64,000 nucleotides of DNA, taken from positions 118,043-182,042 of the forward strand of contig JBMCHT010000001.1 of the NCBI GenBank assembly GCA_048617235.1. The letters run 5' to 3'. The stretch is from Patescibacteria group bacterium. Its GTDB lineage: Bacteria > Patescibacteriota > Minisyncoccia > Phycocordibacterales > XYD1-FULL-46-19. A model generated the notes under the pieces. That model saw only the letters and a program-made list of their open reading frames with translations. It was not told the origin of the DNA and did no database searches. Below, piece by piece: positions 7,398 through 16,050 of the stretch. The position numbers and the translations under genes are program-made. Each line of letters begins with the position of its first letter. Within the stretch, counting starts at the first letter, position 1.

Positions 7398-8090
7398 ATG
7401 TTATATAATACAATTATGGAAAACATAATAGCCATCTGGAAACCTGCCGGCCCTACCTCTCACGATATTATCAATCAATTACGCCGACAAACCGGGATTA
7501 AAAAAATCGGTCATGCCGGGACTTTGGATCCTTTGGCTGAAGGAATTTTAGTGGTAGGTATCGGTCGGGCAGGAACTAAACAATTAACTGAATTGGTTTC
7601 TAAAAAGAAAGAATACCAAGCGATTATTTGTTTGGGAGCGGAATCGGAAACCGATGATGCCCAAGGCCCGATTACTCCCCGACCCTCTGTTATTATTCCG
7701 AATTTAAATCAAATTGAAACTGCTATTAAAAAATTTATTGGTCGAATTAAACAACAACCGCCCATATATAGCGCTCTTAAAATTAAAGGCCGGCCAGCCT
7801 ATAAAATAGCCCGGGGTGGAGAAAAACCGGTTTTAAAAACCAGATCGGTGAATATTTTTAAAATTGATATTCTTTCTTATGATTACCCGAATTTAACTTT
7901 AAAAATAGAAACCGGTTCGGGAGTCTATATCCGGGCTCTGGCTCGAGATTTGGGTGAGGTATTGGAAACCGGTGCTTATTTAGCCCGATTAACCAGAACC
8001 CGAGTCGGTAGCTTTGATAAAACCAATTGTGTTAGGATAGATGAATTGCCAGATAATTATAAAAAAGAATATGCCTCAAAAACAAACTAA
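7398..8090 (+). CDS. truB: tRNA pseudouridine(55) synthase TruB
   Basis: IAIWKPAGPTSHDII and GHAGTLDPLAEGILVVGIGRAGTK, i.e. the HxGTLDPxAxGxL motif. The true start is probably the ATG at 7416 (MENIIAIW). Confidence 0.85.
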   Translation: MLYNTIMENIIAIWKPAGPTSHDIINQLRRQTGIKKIGHAGTLDPLAEGILVVGIGRAGTKQLTELVSKKKEYQAIICLGAESETDDAQGPITPRPSVIIPNLNQIETAIKKFIGRIKQQPPIYSALKIKGRPAYKIARGGEKPVLKTRSVNIFKIDILSYDYPNLTLKIETGSGVYIRALARDLGEVLETGAYLARLTRTRVGSFDKTNCVRIDELPDNYKKEYASKTN

Positions 8091-9882
8091 AGATAAGATT
8101 TTAAAATGGAATTTAAACATTTTGTATAAAAGTTTAACCGATCCTCAAATTGAAAAAGATTTAGCTAAAGGTAGAAAGTTGGCTCTTGGTTTTGCCGGAA
8201 AATATAAGAAAAAACAAGGTTGGGAAACTTCAGCTTCTCAATTAAAAAAAGCTTTGGCAGAATATTTTAAATTAGCCGAATGGGGGGTAGATAACCAAGC
8301 GGGATACTATTTATCTCTAAAGCAATCTTTAGATTTACAATCTCCGCAAATTCAAGCCAAACTTAATTTATTAATCAAAGAAGCTACGGAAACCGCCAAT
8401 CTGTTAACCTTTTTCGATTTACGCCTATCACAAATTAATAAAAAAGATCAACAAAAATTATTAAAAAATCCTTCATTAGCTTATTATCAACCATTTTTAA
8501 AACAAATCTTCACCTCTGCTCCCCATCGCTTATCCGAAGAAGCAGAAAATGTAATCAGTTTAAAACAATCTCCGGCTCATGCCGATTGGGTTCATTTAAC
8601 CGAAGCCGGTTTACACAGTCGCCAAGCTAAACTACCGGGACCGGATAAAAAAACAAAAGACCGATCTTGGTCGGAAATTTTAAGTTTAACCGCTCATAAA
8701 CAAAAAAAGATTCGTCAACCGGCCATTAAAGCGGCCGAGCGAATATTAGCCGATCAAACTGAAGTAGCTACTGCTGAAATAAACGCTGTTTTAAAAAATA
8801 AACAAATAAATGATAATTTACGCAAATTTAATAAAGCCGAAGAAGCCAGATTATTAGGGGATCAGATATCAATTAAATCGGTTAACAGTTTATTGGAGAC
8901 CATTAAACAAAATTACAAATTGAGTCACCGTTTCTATCAACTTAAAACTAAATTACTAGGACAAGATAAAATAACTTATCCGGAAAGAAATATTAGTATC
9001 GGTCAATTACCGGATAACATTTCTTTTAACGATAGCTTGAATATGGTTAAAGAAGCTGTAAATCAAATAGATCCTCAATTTTCAGATATTTTGACAAACC
9101 TGGTAAAAAACAGACAAATAGATTCTCACCCTAAAGCCGGAAAAACCGGTGGCGGTTTTTGTGCGCATTACCTACCGCATTCCCCCACTTTTATTTTACT
9201 CAATCATACCGGTCGCTTAACCGATGTCTTAACCTTGGCTCATGAATTGGGTCACGCCATTCATAACCAATTGATGAAAGAACAACCGGCACCTTATTTT
9301 GATCATTCTTTAGCTTTAGCTGAAACAGCTAGCACTTTATTGGAAAGCCATACTTTTGATTATCTTCTTAACCAATTATCACCTGAACAAAGATTAACTC
9401 TTTTGATGGAAAAATTAAATTCAGATGTAGCTACTATTTTTCGTCAAACCGCTGCCTATTTATTTGAAAGAGATTTACATCAAAACTTCCGCCAAAGCGG
9501 TTATTTGGCCACAAAAGATATTAATCGCTTGTTTACTCTGAGAATGAAAGCTTATTTGGGTTCGGCAATTAAAACAGATTCTGAAGTTAATAACTGGTGG
9601 ATTCATTGGAGTCATTTTAGAAGTTTCTTTTATGTTTATTCTTATGCTTATGGTTTTTTAACCGCTCAAGCCATTAAAGATAAAATAAATAATAACTCCT
9701 CAGAAATAGAAGCAGTTAAAAATATGTTAGCCACCGGAGGTACTAAAACTCCAACGGAAGCTCTAGCTATGATTAAATTAAATCCGGAAAAAAATGATAT
9801 CTGGCTCAAAGGCTTACAAGATTTTGAAATTAAATTAAAAGAAGCTGAACGCTTAGCTAAAACCTTCAAAATTAGTAAATAA
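8071..9882 (+). CDS. pepF: oligoendopeptidase F (M3 family metallopeptidase)
   Basis: About 600 aa. Zinc-binding HELGHAIH (HExxH) with the M3B-like context TGGGFCAHYLP. Start chosen at MPQKQTK (8071) to remove the overlap with truB. Confidence 0.75.
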   Translation: MPQKQTKDKILKWNLNILYKSLTDPQIEKDLAKGRKLALGFAGKYKKKQGWETSASQLKKALAEYFKLAEWGVDNQAGYYLSLKQSLDLQSPQIQAKLNLLIKEATETANLLTFFDLRLSQINKKDQQKLLKNPSLAYYQPFLKQIFTSAPHRLSEEAENVISLKQSPAHADWVHLTEAGLHSRQAKLPGPDKKTKDRSWSEILSLTAHKQKKIRQPAIKAAERILADQTEVATAEINAVLKNKQINDNLRKFNKAEEARLLGDQISIKSVNSLLETIKQNYKLSHRFYQLKTKLLGQDKITYPERNISIGQLPDNISFNDSLNMVKEAVNQIDPQFSDILTNLVKNRQIDSHPKAGKTGGGFCAHYLPHSPTFILLNHTGRLTDVLTLAHELGHAIHNQLMKEQPAPYFDHSLALAETASTLLESHTFDYLLNQLSPEQRLTLLMEKLNSDVATIFRQTAAYLFERDLHQNFRQSGYLATKDINRLFTLRMKAYLGSAIKTDSEVNNWWIHWSHFRSFFYVYSYAYGFLTAQAIKDKINNNSSEIEAVKNMLATGGTKTPTEALAMIKLNPEKNDIWLKGLQDFEIKLKEAERLAKTFKISK

Positions 9883-9899
9883 TTATTCTAATAATTTAT

Positions 9900-10169
9900 A
9901 TGCCTGATTCTTTAGAAAAAATTAAAAGCAATGGTCAAAATCTAAAAAAAGAAGTTGCTACCAGGATTAGTGGTTATATTACGGCCGCTTTCGGTTTGGT
10001 GGCCGGCTTGGCTTGGAATGATGCTATTTTATCATTAATAGATTTATGGTTTCCTTTGGATCGCAATCAAATTTTAGCCAAATTTATTTATGCTTTAGCC
10101 TTAACTGTTGTATTGGTTTTAGTATCTATTTATTTGGTTAAATTTTTTGATAAAAAGGATAAAAATTAA
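9900..10169 (+). CDS. small membrane protein, hypothetical
   Basis: 89 aa with two predicted TM segments (ISGYITAAFGLVAGLAW; FIYALALTVVLVLVSIYLV). Confidence 0.45.
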   Translation: MPDSLEKIKSNGQNLKKEVATRISGYITAAFGLVAGLAWNDAILSLIDLWFPLDRNQILAKFIYALALTVVLVLVSIYLVKFFDKKDKN

Positions 10170-10172
10170 AAT

Positions 10173-10754
10173 ATGTTTTCAAAAAATTCCACAGCAGATA
10201 AAACTGTCACTTGGCCTACAGCTGGTTCTCTGATAAAAAAAGGAAAAATAGGAATTATTCCAACCGATACTCTTTACGGTTTGGTGGCTCACATTAATAA
10301 ACCCAAAGCTATAAAAAAAATATATGAAATTAAGAATCGGCCAAAAAACAAACCTTTAATTGTTTTAATTGGTTCTTTAGAGCAACTTAAAAGATTACCC
10401 TTAGCTACCAAAAAAATAGATTATGAAATATTAAACACTTATTGGCCCGGTCCGGTCAGTTTAATATTACCCACCACTAAAATATTAAAACCAATCAGCT
10501 CTAATAAAACTTTAGCAATCAGATTGCCTCGTTCATCTAAACTAAGGAAATGGCTATGCCTTTATGGGCCTGTTGTCGCTCCCAGTGCCAACCCAGCCGG
10601 AAAAGAACCGGCTCGAACTTTAACTGAAACTAAAAAATATTTTAATCAGCGAGTAGATTTTTATGTCCCGGCAAAAAAACGCTTAACCAAGCCCCCTTCT
10701 GCTTTAATAGATTTAACCGTTTCTCAATTACAGATTTTACGTCCTTTTAGTTGA
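10173..10754 (+). CDS. tsaC: L-threonylcarbamoyladenylate synthase (TsaC/YrdC/Sua5 family)
   Basis: GKIGIIPTDTLYGLVA is the YrdC signature. The 193-aa single-domain size fits. Confidence 0.8.
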   Translation: MFSKNSTADKTVTWPTAGSLIKKGKIGIIPTDTLYGLVAHINKPKAIKKIYEIKNRPKNKPLIVLIGSLEQLKRLPLATKKIDYEILNTYWPGPVSLILPTTKILKPISSNKTLAIRLPRSSKLRKWLCLYGPVVAPSANPAGKEPARTLTETKKYFNQRVDFYVPAKKRLTKPPSALIDLTVSQLQILRPFS

Positions 10755-10782
10755 TAATCTTTGAAGTTTAATTTTAGATTAT

Positions 10783-10791
10783 GGTATAATA
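10783..10791 (+). promoter_or_regulatory. extended -10 promoter element (TGgTATAAT)
   Basis: tggtataat sits immediately upstream of the ATG at 10797, with about 6-nt spacing. This implies a leaderless or near-leaderless transcript for the tRNA-binding protein gene. Confidence 0.35.
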
Positions 10792-10796
10792 GTCAT

Positions 10797-11117
10797 ATGG
10801 TTACTTATGAACAATTTTCAGCTCTTGATTTAAGAGTTGGCACCATAATAGAAGCGGAACCGGTAATTGATGCCGATCGTCTTTTACGGTTAGTGATTGA
10901 TTTGGGTCACGAAGAACGCCAAGTGGTAGCCGGTATTGCTGAAGAATATGAAGCTGAGAAATTAATCGGCACCCAAGTAGTTTTAATAGTTAATTTAGAA
11001 TCCAGAGAAATTAAAGGTTTGGAAAGCCAAGGTATGATTTTAGCCGCCAGTGGAGATAATGGCCCGGTTATTTTAATGCCGGAAAAGCCGGTAGCCGATG
11101 GTACTACGATTAAATAA
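10797..11117 (+). CDS. tRNA-binding domain protein (CsaA/YgjH-like, EMAPII-type OB fold)
   Basis: FSALDLRVGTIIEAEPV...ADRLLRLVIDLGHEERQVVAGIAEEYEAEKLIGTQVVLIVNLESREIKG is the Myf/tRNA_bind domain. Confidence 0.7.
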   Translation: MVTYEQFSALDLRVGTIIEAEPVIDADRLLRLVIDLGHEERQVVAGIAEEYEAEKLIGTQVVLIVNLESREIKGLESQGMILAASGDNGPVILMPEKPVADGTTIK

Positions 11118-11124
11118 TTTAAAT

Positions 11125-11676
11125 ATGAAAAATTTAAACAAACATTCTTTAGCTATAAATCTTATTTCCTTATTATTTTTGGGAATTTTAATTTTACTTT
11201 TAATTCCTTTTACTAAAAAAGTAGATAATGAGATTGATAAAGCGGACTCTGAAAGAAAAATTGAAGTGGTAGATTTTCAAACTTGCCGTTTGGCCGGTTT
11301 TTTTGTTGATATTTTTTCTTTTCCTCCTGTTTGTATCACTGACGATGGACAAGAATTTATTTTAGACTTAGACGAAGCAGATAAATTATTACCACCCGTT
11401 TTAGATGATAATGGAACAATAATAGATCCAAACGAAGACACACTCTTTTATCCCGGACCTGTAGCTCAAGATGGCTGTTTACCGGCCGGTTGTTCTCAAC
11501 AATTATGTGTAGAAGCGGAAATGGCTCCGGATATTGTAACTACTTGTGAATTTAAGGCCGAATATGCTTGTTATTTACAAGGCGCTGTTTGTGGCCGAAA
11601 TTCTGAAGGAGAATGTGCTTGGTTGGAGACACCGGAATTAAAACAATGTCTTGATAATCCCCCTCCACTTAATTAA
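11125..11676 (+). CDS. hypothetical exported/membrane-anchored Cys-rich protein
   Basis: N-terminal TM helix (LAINLISLLFLGILILLLIPF) and a C-terminal domain with about 9 Cys (CITDDGQEF...CLPAGCSQQLCVEAE...CEFKAEYACYLQGAVCGRNSEGECAW). Confidence 0.45.
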   Translation: MKNLNKHSLAINLISLLFLGILILLLIPFTKKVDNEIDKADSERKIEVVDFQTCRLAGFFVDIFSFPPVCITDDGQEFILDLDEADKLLPPVLDDNGTIIDPNEDTLFYPGPVAQDGCLPAGCSQQLCVEAEMAPDIVTTCEFKAEYACYLQGAVCGRNSEGECAWLETPELKQCLDNPPPLN

Positions 11677-12077
11677 TTCAAACGACGCCAATAATACCAA
11701 AAAACAGACAAGCCCATTAAGGCTAAAGTAATATTTAAAGCTTGAATTGTTGGCCATTGCCAATAAAAAAGCCAAGCAAATTGAACAAAAACAATCAGAC
11801 CCAAATAACGCACCGCCTTAGACGGTAAAAACCAAAGACAAAAACTCAATCCCAAAAACAAGGACAATATTCCCAACCATAAAACCAAAAATTCCGATTC
11901 AAAACCGGATACTAAATTTATTATTCGAGCCGGCCAATAAGCGGTGGAAATTAAATCTGATCGAGAACCGGCCTCGGTTACCAAATAATAACCATTAATA
12001 ATATAGTAAACCCCCAAACCTAATCTAACAAAAGTTTCACCTTTTATTTTTTTTAATTTTTTTCTAATCGTTTCCAT
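11673..12077 (-). CDS. hypothetical integral membrane protein
   Basis: 134 aa with 4 predicted TM segments. No catalytic motif. Confidence 0.45.
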   Translation of the reverse strand: METIRKKLKKIKGETFVRLGLGVYYIINGYYLVTEAGSRSDLISTAYWPARIINLVSGFESEFLVLWLGILSLFLGLSFCLWFLPSKAVRYLGLIVFVQFAWLFYWQWPTIQALNITLALMGLSVFWYYWRRLN

Positions 12078-12180
12078 TTGTTCATTTTAAAACAAGACAA
12101 AAAATAAAACAATCAATCCGTTGCTTCTTTTGTCTTTTTTTGTTAAATTTAAACCTTAAAAGTAATTAAAATAAAAATAT

Positions 12181-12891
12181 ATGAACTGGGAAAAATTGAG
12201 TATTCCAATAGCTATAATAGGAGCCGGCTTAATTTTAGGAGCGGCGGTTTATTTTCAACCACAATTTAGTCCAACTGAGGATAATTTGGCAGCAGTCGGC
12301 GATTTAGATCAAAGTGACATCAGTTTGGAAAATGTTCGACCACTGACAACCGAAGATAATATAAAAGGATCTTTGGAAGCTCCGATAATTATTATAGAAT
12401 ATTCCGATCCTGACTGTTCTTTTTGCCATCGTTTTCATAACACTCTAAAAGAAATAGTTGATTTATATGATGACAATCAAGTAGCTTGGGTTTATCGCCA
12501 TTTTAATGTTTTTGGATCGGCTTCGGCTCAAAAATCCATCGCTTTTGAATGTGCCGGCGAATTAGAAAATAATTCCGGTTTTTGGTCTTATTTAGAGGCT
12601 TTTCATCAGGGTATAGATCAAAACAATAAAGCCGGTAATGTAGACGAATTGACATCCTTAGCCGGTGACATAGGATTAGATACTGCAGATTTTAGAGAAT
12701 GCTTAGAATCTGAAAGACCTAAAAATGTTATAGAAACAGATACCGATAACGCCATCGCCAGTGGTGGCTCCGGAACTCCTTTTTCTTTAATTAAATTACC
12801 TTCAGGAGAAATAGTGGAATTAGGTGGAGCTGTCCCCACTGAAAATTTAATTGAAATAATAGATGAATTATTAGAAGCTCCGGAAGAATAA
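12181..12891 (+). CDS. DsbA-like thioredoxin-fold thiol-disulfide oxidoreductase
   Basis: N-terminal TM anchor. CxxC active site in YSDPDCSFCHRFH. Thioredoxin-like length. Confidence 0.65.
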   Translation: MNWEKLSIPIAIIGAGLILGAAVYFQPQFSPTEDNLAAVGDLDQSDISLENVRPLTTEDNIKGSLEAPIIIIEYSDPDCSFCHRFHNTLKEIVDLYDDNQVAWVYRHFNVFGSASAQKSIAFECAGELENNSGFWSYLEAFHQGIDQNNKAGNVDELTSLAGDIGLDTADFRECLESERPKNVIETDTDNAIASGGSGTPFSLIKLPSGEIVELGGAVPTENLIEIIDELLEAPEE

Positions 12892-12895
12892 AAAA

Positions 12896-14209
12896 TTAAT
12901 ATCCGGACAATCTATCCGCTTTTCCATGTAAACGAATCTTTTCATGAGCTTTGGCTTCTATTTGCCTAATGCGCTCCCTGGTTACACCAAATTCTTTACC
13001 TACCTCTTCCAGAGTTCGCATAACACCATCATCCAAACCATGGCGCATTGCTAAAATCTTTCTTTCTTTAGGTGTTAAATCGCTTAGAATTTCATCAATT
13101 TGATCTCGTAAAATTCTTCTGGAAACATCTTGTTCCGGTGGGTCTATTTTATCATCAGGCACAAATTCTCCCAGGGAAGATTTATCTTCATCTCCGCTTT
13201 CTATTGATTTATCCAAAGAAGCCGTACTTTGATCTATTTTTTCAATGGCATGGATTTTATGTAAATCCATATCCATTTCTGTAGCCACTTCTTGTGGTAG
13301 GGGTTCTCGTCCCAAATCCTGAGATAGACGCCTCACTACTTGTTTGTATTTAGTTATGGTTTCCACCATATGTACCGGAATTCTAATTGTTCGCGACTGG
13401 TCTGCCAAAGCCCTGGTAACCGCTTGACGGATCCACCAAGTGGCATAAGTTGAGAATTTATAACCTTTACGCCAATCAAACTTTTCTACCGCTTTGAAAA
13501 GACCGATATTACCTTCTTGAATTAGATCTAATAAAGATAAATCGGAACTGCGATTAGCATACTTTTTGGCAATGGAAACCACCAGACGTAAATTAGCATT
13601 AGCTAATGTTTTGCGAGCCTCTTCATCTCCTTCTAAAATCCGTCTGGCTAAATCTTTTTCTTCGGCAGCTGTTAATAAACGATGACGACCAATTTCTTTT
13701 AAATAAATCTGAACCGAGTCCAATCCACCCCCATGACTTTGGTTAATTGAAAAATTTAACATTTGATCATCTGCTTCTTCCAACAAACTGCCTTCTTCCA
13801 AAATATCTATCCCGGCTTCTTCTAATTTATCATATAAATTATCCAAAAAATCCAAATCATTTTCTATAACCGGAAATTCATTTAAAAGTTCACTATAAGT
13901 TACAAATCGACGGCCGCGGCCTTTACGTATAAGATTGGAAGTTTTTTGCATTATTTCTTCCGGTTTTATTTTAGACCCGGTAGGAGAAACTTTCCTTTTC
14001 CCAACCGATTTTTTAACCGAATTTTTAGTAGCTGGTTTAGTGTTTTTTTTAGTTTTAGCAGGAGTATTTTTTTTGACAGTTTTGGATTTTACGTTTTTGG
14101 CACTCTTGGTAGTAATCGATTTCTTCTTGGCTTTAGTGATAGGAGACTTTTTTTTAGCGGAAGTGGTTTTTTTAGATTTAATGGTATTTTTTTTGGAAGA
14201 TGTAGCCAT
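12896..14209 (-). CDS. rpoD: RNA polymerase sigma-70 factor RpoD with a lysine-rich N-terminal tail
   Basis: Region 2/3/4 motifs: [51 protein letters not shown] and [23 protein letters not shown]. The N-terminal roughly 80 aa are K/T/S-rich ([25 protein letters not shown]...). Confidence 0.9.
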   Translation of the reverse strand: MATSSKKNTIKSKKTTSAKKKSPITKAKKKSITTKSAKNVKSKTVKKNTPAKTKKNTKPATKNSVKKSVGKRKVSPTGSKIKPEEIMQKTSNLIRKGRGRRFVTYSELLNEFPVIENDLDFLDNLYDKLEEAGIDILEEGSLLEEADDQMLNFSINQSHGGGLDSVQIYLKEIGRHRLLTAAEEKDLARRILEGDEEARKTLANANLRLVVSIAKKYANRSSDLSLLDLIQEGNIGLFKAVEKFDWRKGYKFSTYATWWIRQAVTRALADQSRTIRIPVHMVETITKYKQVVRRLSQDLGREPLPQEVATEMDMDLHKIHAIEKIDQSTASLDKSIESGDEDKSSLGEFVPDDKIDPPEQDVSRRILRDQIDEILSDLTPKERKILAMRHGLDDGVMRTLEEVGKEFGVTRERIRQIEAKAHEKIRLHGKADRLSGY

Positions 14210-14246
14210 AAGTTAATATATATTAAGATGATAAAATTGATAAAAA

Positions 14247-16001
14247 TTAATTGAAATATTGATTTCTGAGCTCAGCTATAGTCTGAGTAATATCTTGACA
14301 CCTTTTTAAGTGTTTGTCTACTGATGCTTGATCCTCTTGTTTTTCCGCCGGTCCTATTTTTTGCTCTTCTTGCTTCCTTTTCTGCTCCCAATAATAAACA
14401 TGAGCCCTACCTACCACTTCTTGCCATAAAATTTTAGTTAAAGGTCCAAATTTTTCCACATACTCTTCTATTAAAAACAAAAGGGGTTCTTTTTGATCTT
14501 CATAATTAGCTTGTAAATTATCCTCTTCTTTTATGTCTTCCAATAAAGATCGGGCTTCTGTTTGATAATCAAAATCGTGATTGGTGGTTGTTTCCAACCA
14601 AAACCACCAAGCCCAGAAATATTGTAATGGATTATTAACTAACTGTTCTTTTTCTTCTGTTACTTCTTCCTCTTTTTTAATAGTAAACCGATTAAAATTT
14701 AACTCTTTTAAATCTTGCCAGATCGCCTCTGTCGGCATTTGCAATTTATCTGCCACCTCCATTACCACTGTCGCTTTTTCCACTTGACTGGGTATACTCA
14801 TGATGGCCGGATAAACTTCTTGTTTAATTAATTTTCCCAACTGTCTTTTATCTTGTCCAGCTGTAATTATTGCAGTTTTTAAATAAAAATTAATTATAGA
14901 ATCAGCTTGATCTAATAAGTATCGCCACTCGGCAATATCTTCTTTGATAATATCTGCCGGATCCCGACCCGGGGGTAAAATTAAAGCTTTAACTTGTAAC
15001 CCGGCTGCCAGTAGAGCTTCGGCGGATTTTTTAACCGCCGCCTGACCGGCTTTATCTCCATCAAAAGCCAAAATAATTTCATCGGTCAATCTACCTAAGG
15101 TTTTTACTTGCTTATCTGTCAAGGCGGTTCCGGAAATAGCTACCGTATTGGTCCAACCGGCTTGATGGCACATTAAAAGATCCATCTGACCTTCAACCAC
15201 CAAGCAATTATTATGCTCCCTAATTCCTTGTTTAGCCCAATTCAAACCATACAATAAAGAAGATTTATCATAAATATCTGTCTGGGGTGTATTGATATAT
15301 TTAGCTTCTACAGACTGGGTTTGATTACTAAAATCCAATAACCGACCGGAAAAGCCCACCGGTCGTCCGGAAACATCCAGTAAAGGAAACATTAAACGGG
15401 AACGAAAACGATCAAAAACACGACCGTTTTTTTGGCTTTTAATAGCTAAACCGGAACCGACTATTACCTCATCATTTATTTTTTGAGATCTTAAATAAGT
15501 AACCAATTTCTGCCAATCCGCCTCAGCCCAACCTAAACCAAAAGCCCTGATAGTTTTTTCAGTTAAGCCTCTATCTTTTAAATATTCCCAGACCGGAGTT
15601 TGTGGTTGTAAGCGATTAATATAATAATGTCCGGCCAATTTAATCGCTTGTAATAAATTTTCTCGATGATCTCCCTTTTTACCATCATAAGCTTCTATTT
15701 CCACTCCAGCCTTACGAGCTAAAATTCCCAACGCCTCTTTAAAATCCACTCCTTCTATTTCTTGAACAAAATTAAACATATCTCCAGTTTGACCGCAACC
15801 AAAACAACGATAAGATTGTCTATTAGGAGAAACAAAAAAAGAAGGCGTTCTCTCATTATGAAAGGGGCAACGAGCTTTAAAATTAACTCCCGCTTTTTCC
15901 AATTTAATATAGGAATCCACCACTTCCACTATATCCAATCTATCTTTTATTTTTTCAACTGAAGAAGATGACATAAACACATTATTAACCGATTGACTCA
16001 A
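14247..16001 (-). CDS. dnaG: DNA primase DnaG
   Basis: Zinc ribbon CPFHNERTPSF...CFGCG. The Toprim region includes VVEGQMDLL and ILAFDGDKAGQ. Confidence 0.9.
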   Translation of the reverse strand: MSQSVNNVFMSSSSVEKIKDRLDIVEVVDSYIKLEKAGVNFKARCPFHNERTPSFFVSPNRQSYRCFGCGQTGDMFNFVQEIEGVDFKEALGILARKAGVEIEAYDGKKGDHRENLLQAIKLAGHYYINRLQPQTPVWEYLKDRGLTEKTIRAFGLGWAEADWQKLVTYLRSQKINDEVIVGSGLAIKSQKNGRVFDRFRSRLMFPLLDVSGRPVGFSGRLLDFSNQTQSVEAKYINTPQTDIYDKSSLLYGLNWAKQGIREHNNCLVVEGQMDLLMCHQAGWTNTVAISGTALTDKQVKTLGRLTDEIILAFDGDKAGQAAVKKSAEALLAAGLQVKALILPPGRDPADIIKEDIAEWRYLLDQADSIINFYLKTAIITAGQDKRQLGKLIKQEVYPAIMSIPSQVEKATVVMEVADKLQMPTEAIWQDLKELNFNRFTIKKEEEVTEEKEQLVNNPLQYFWAWWFWLETTTNHDFDYQTEARSLLEDIKEEDNLQANYEDQKEPLLFLIEEYVEKFGPLTKILWQEVVGRAHVYYWEQKRKQEEQKIGPAEKQEDQASVDKHLKRCQDITQTIAELRNQYFN

Positions 16002-16050
16002 CCTAAAGTCGGTTAAGAATCGTAATTTTATAAAATTCTAAAAGTTCCTC

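Noticed and set aside
13935-14254. Plus-strand ORFs antisense to the rpoD lysine-rich N-terminal region
   Set aside because: They are Phe/Leu-rich mirror translations of the AAA/AAG-rich coding strand.
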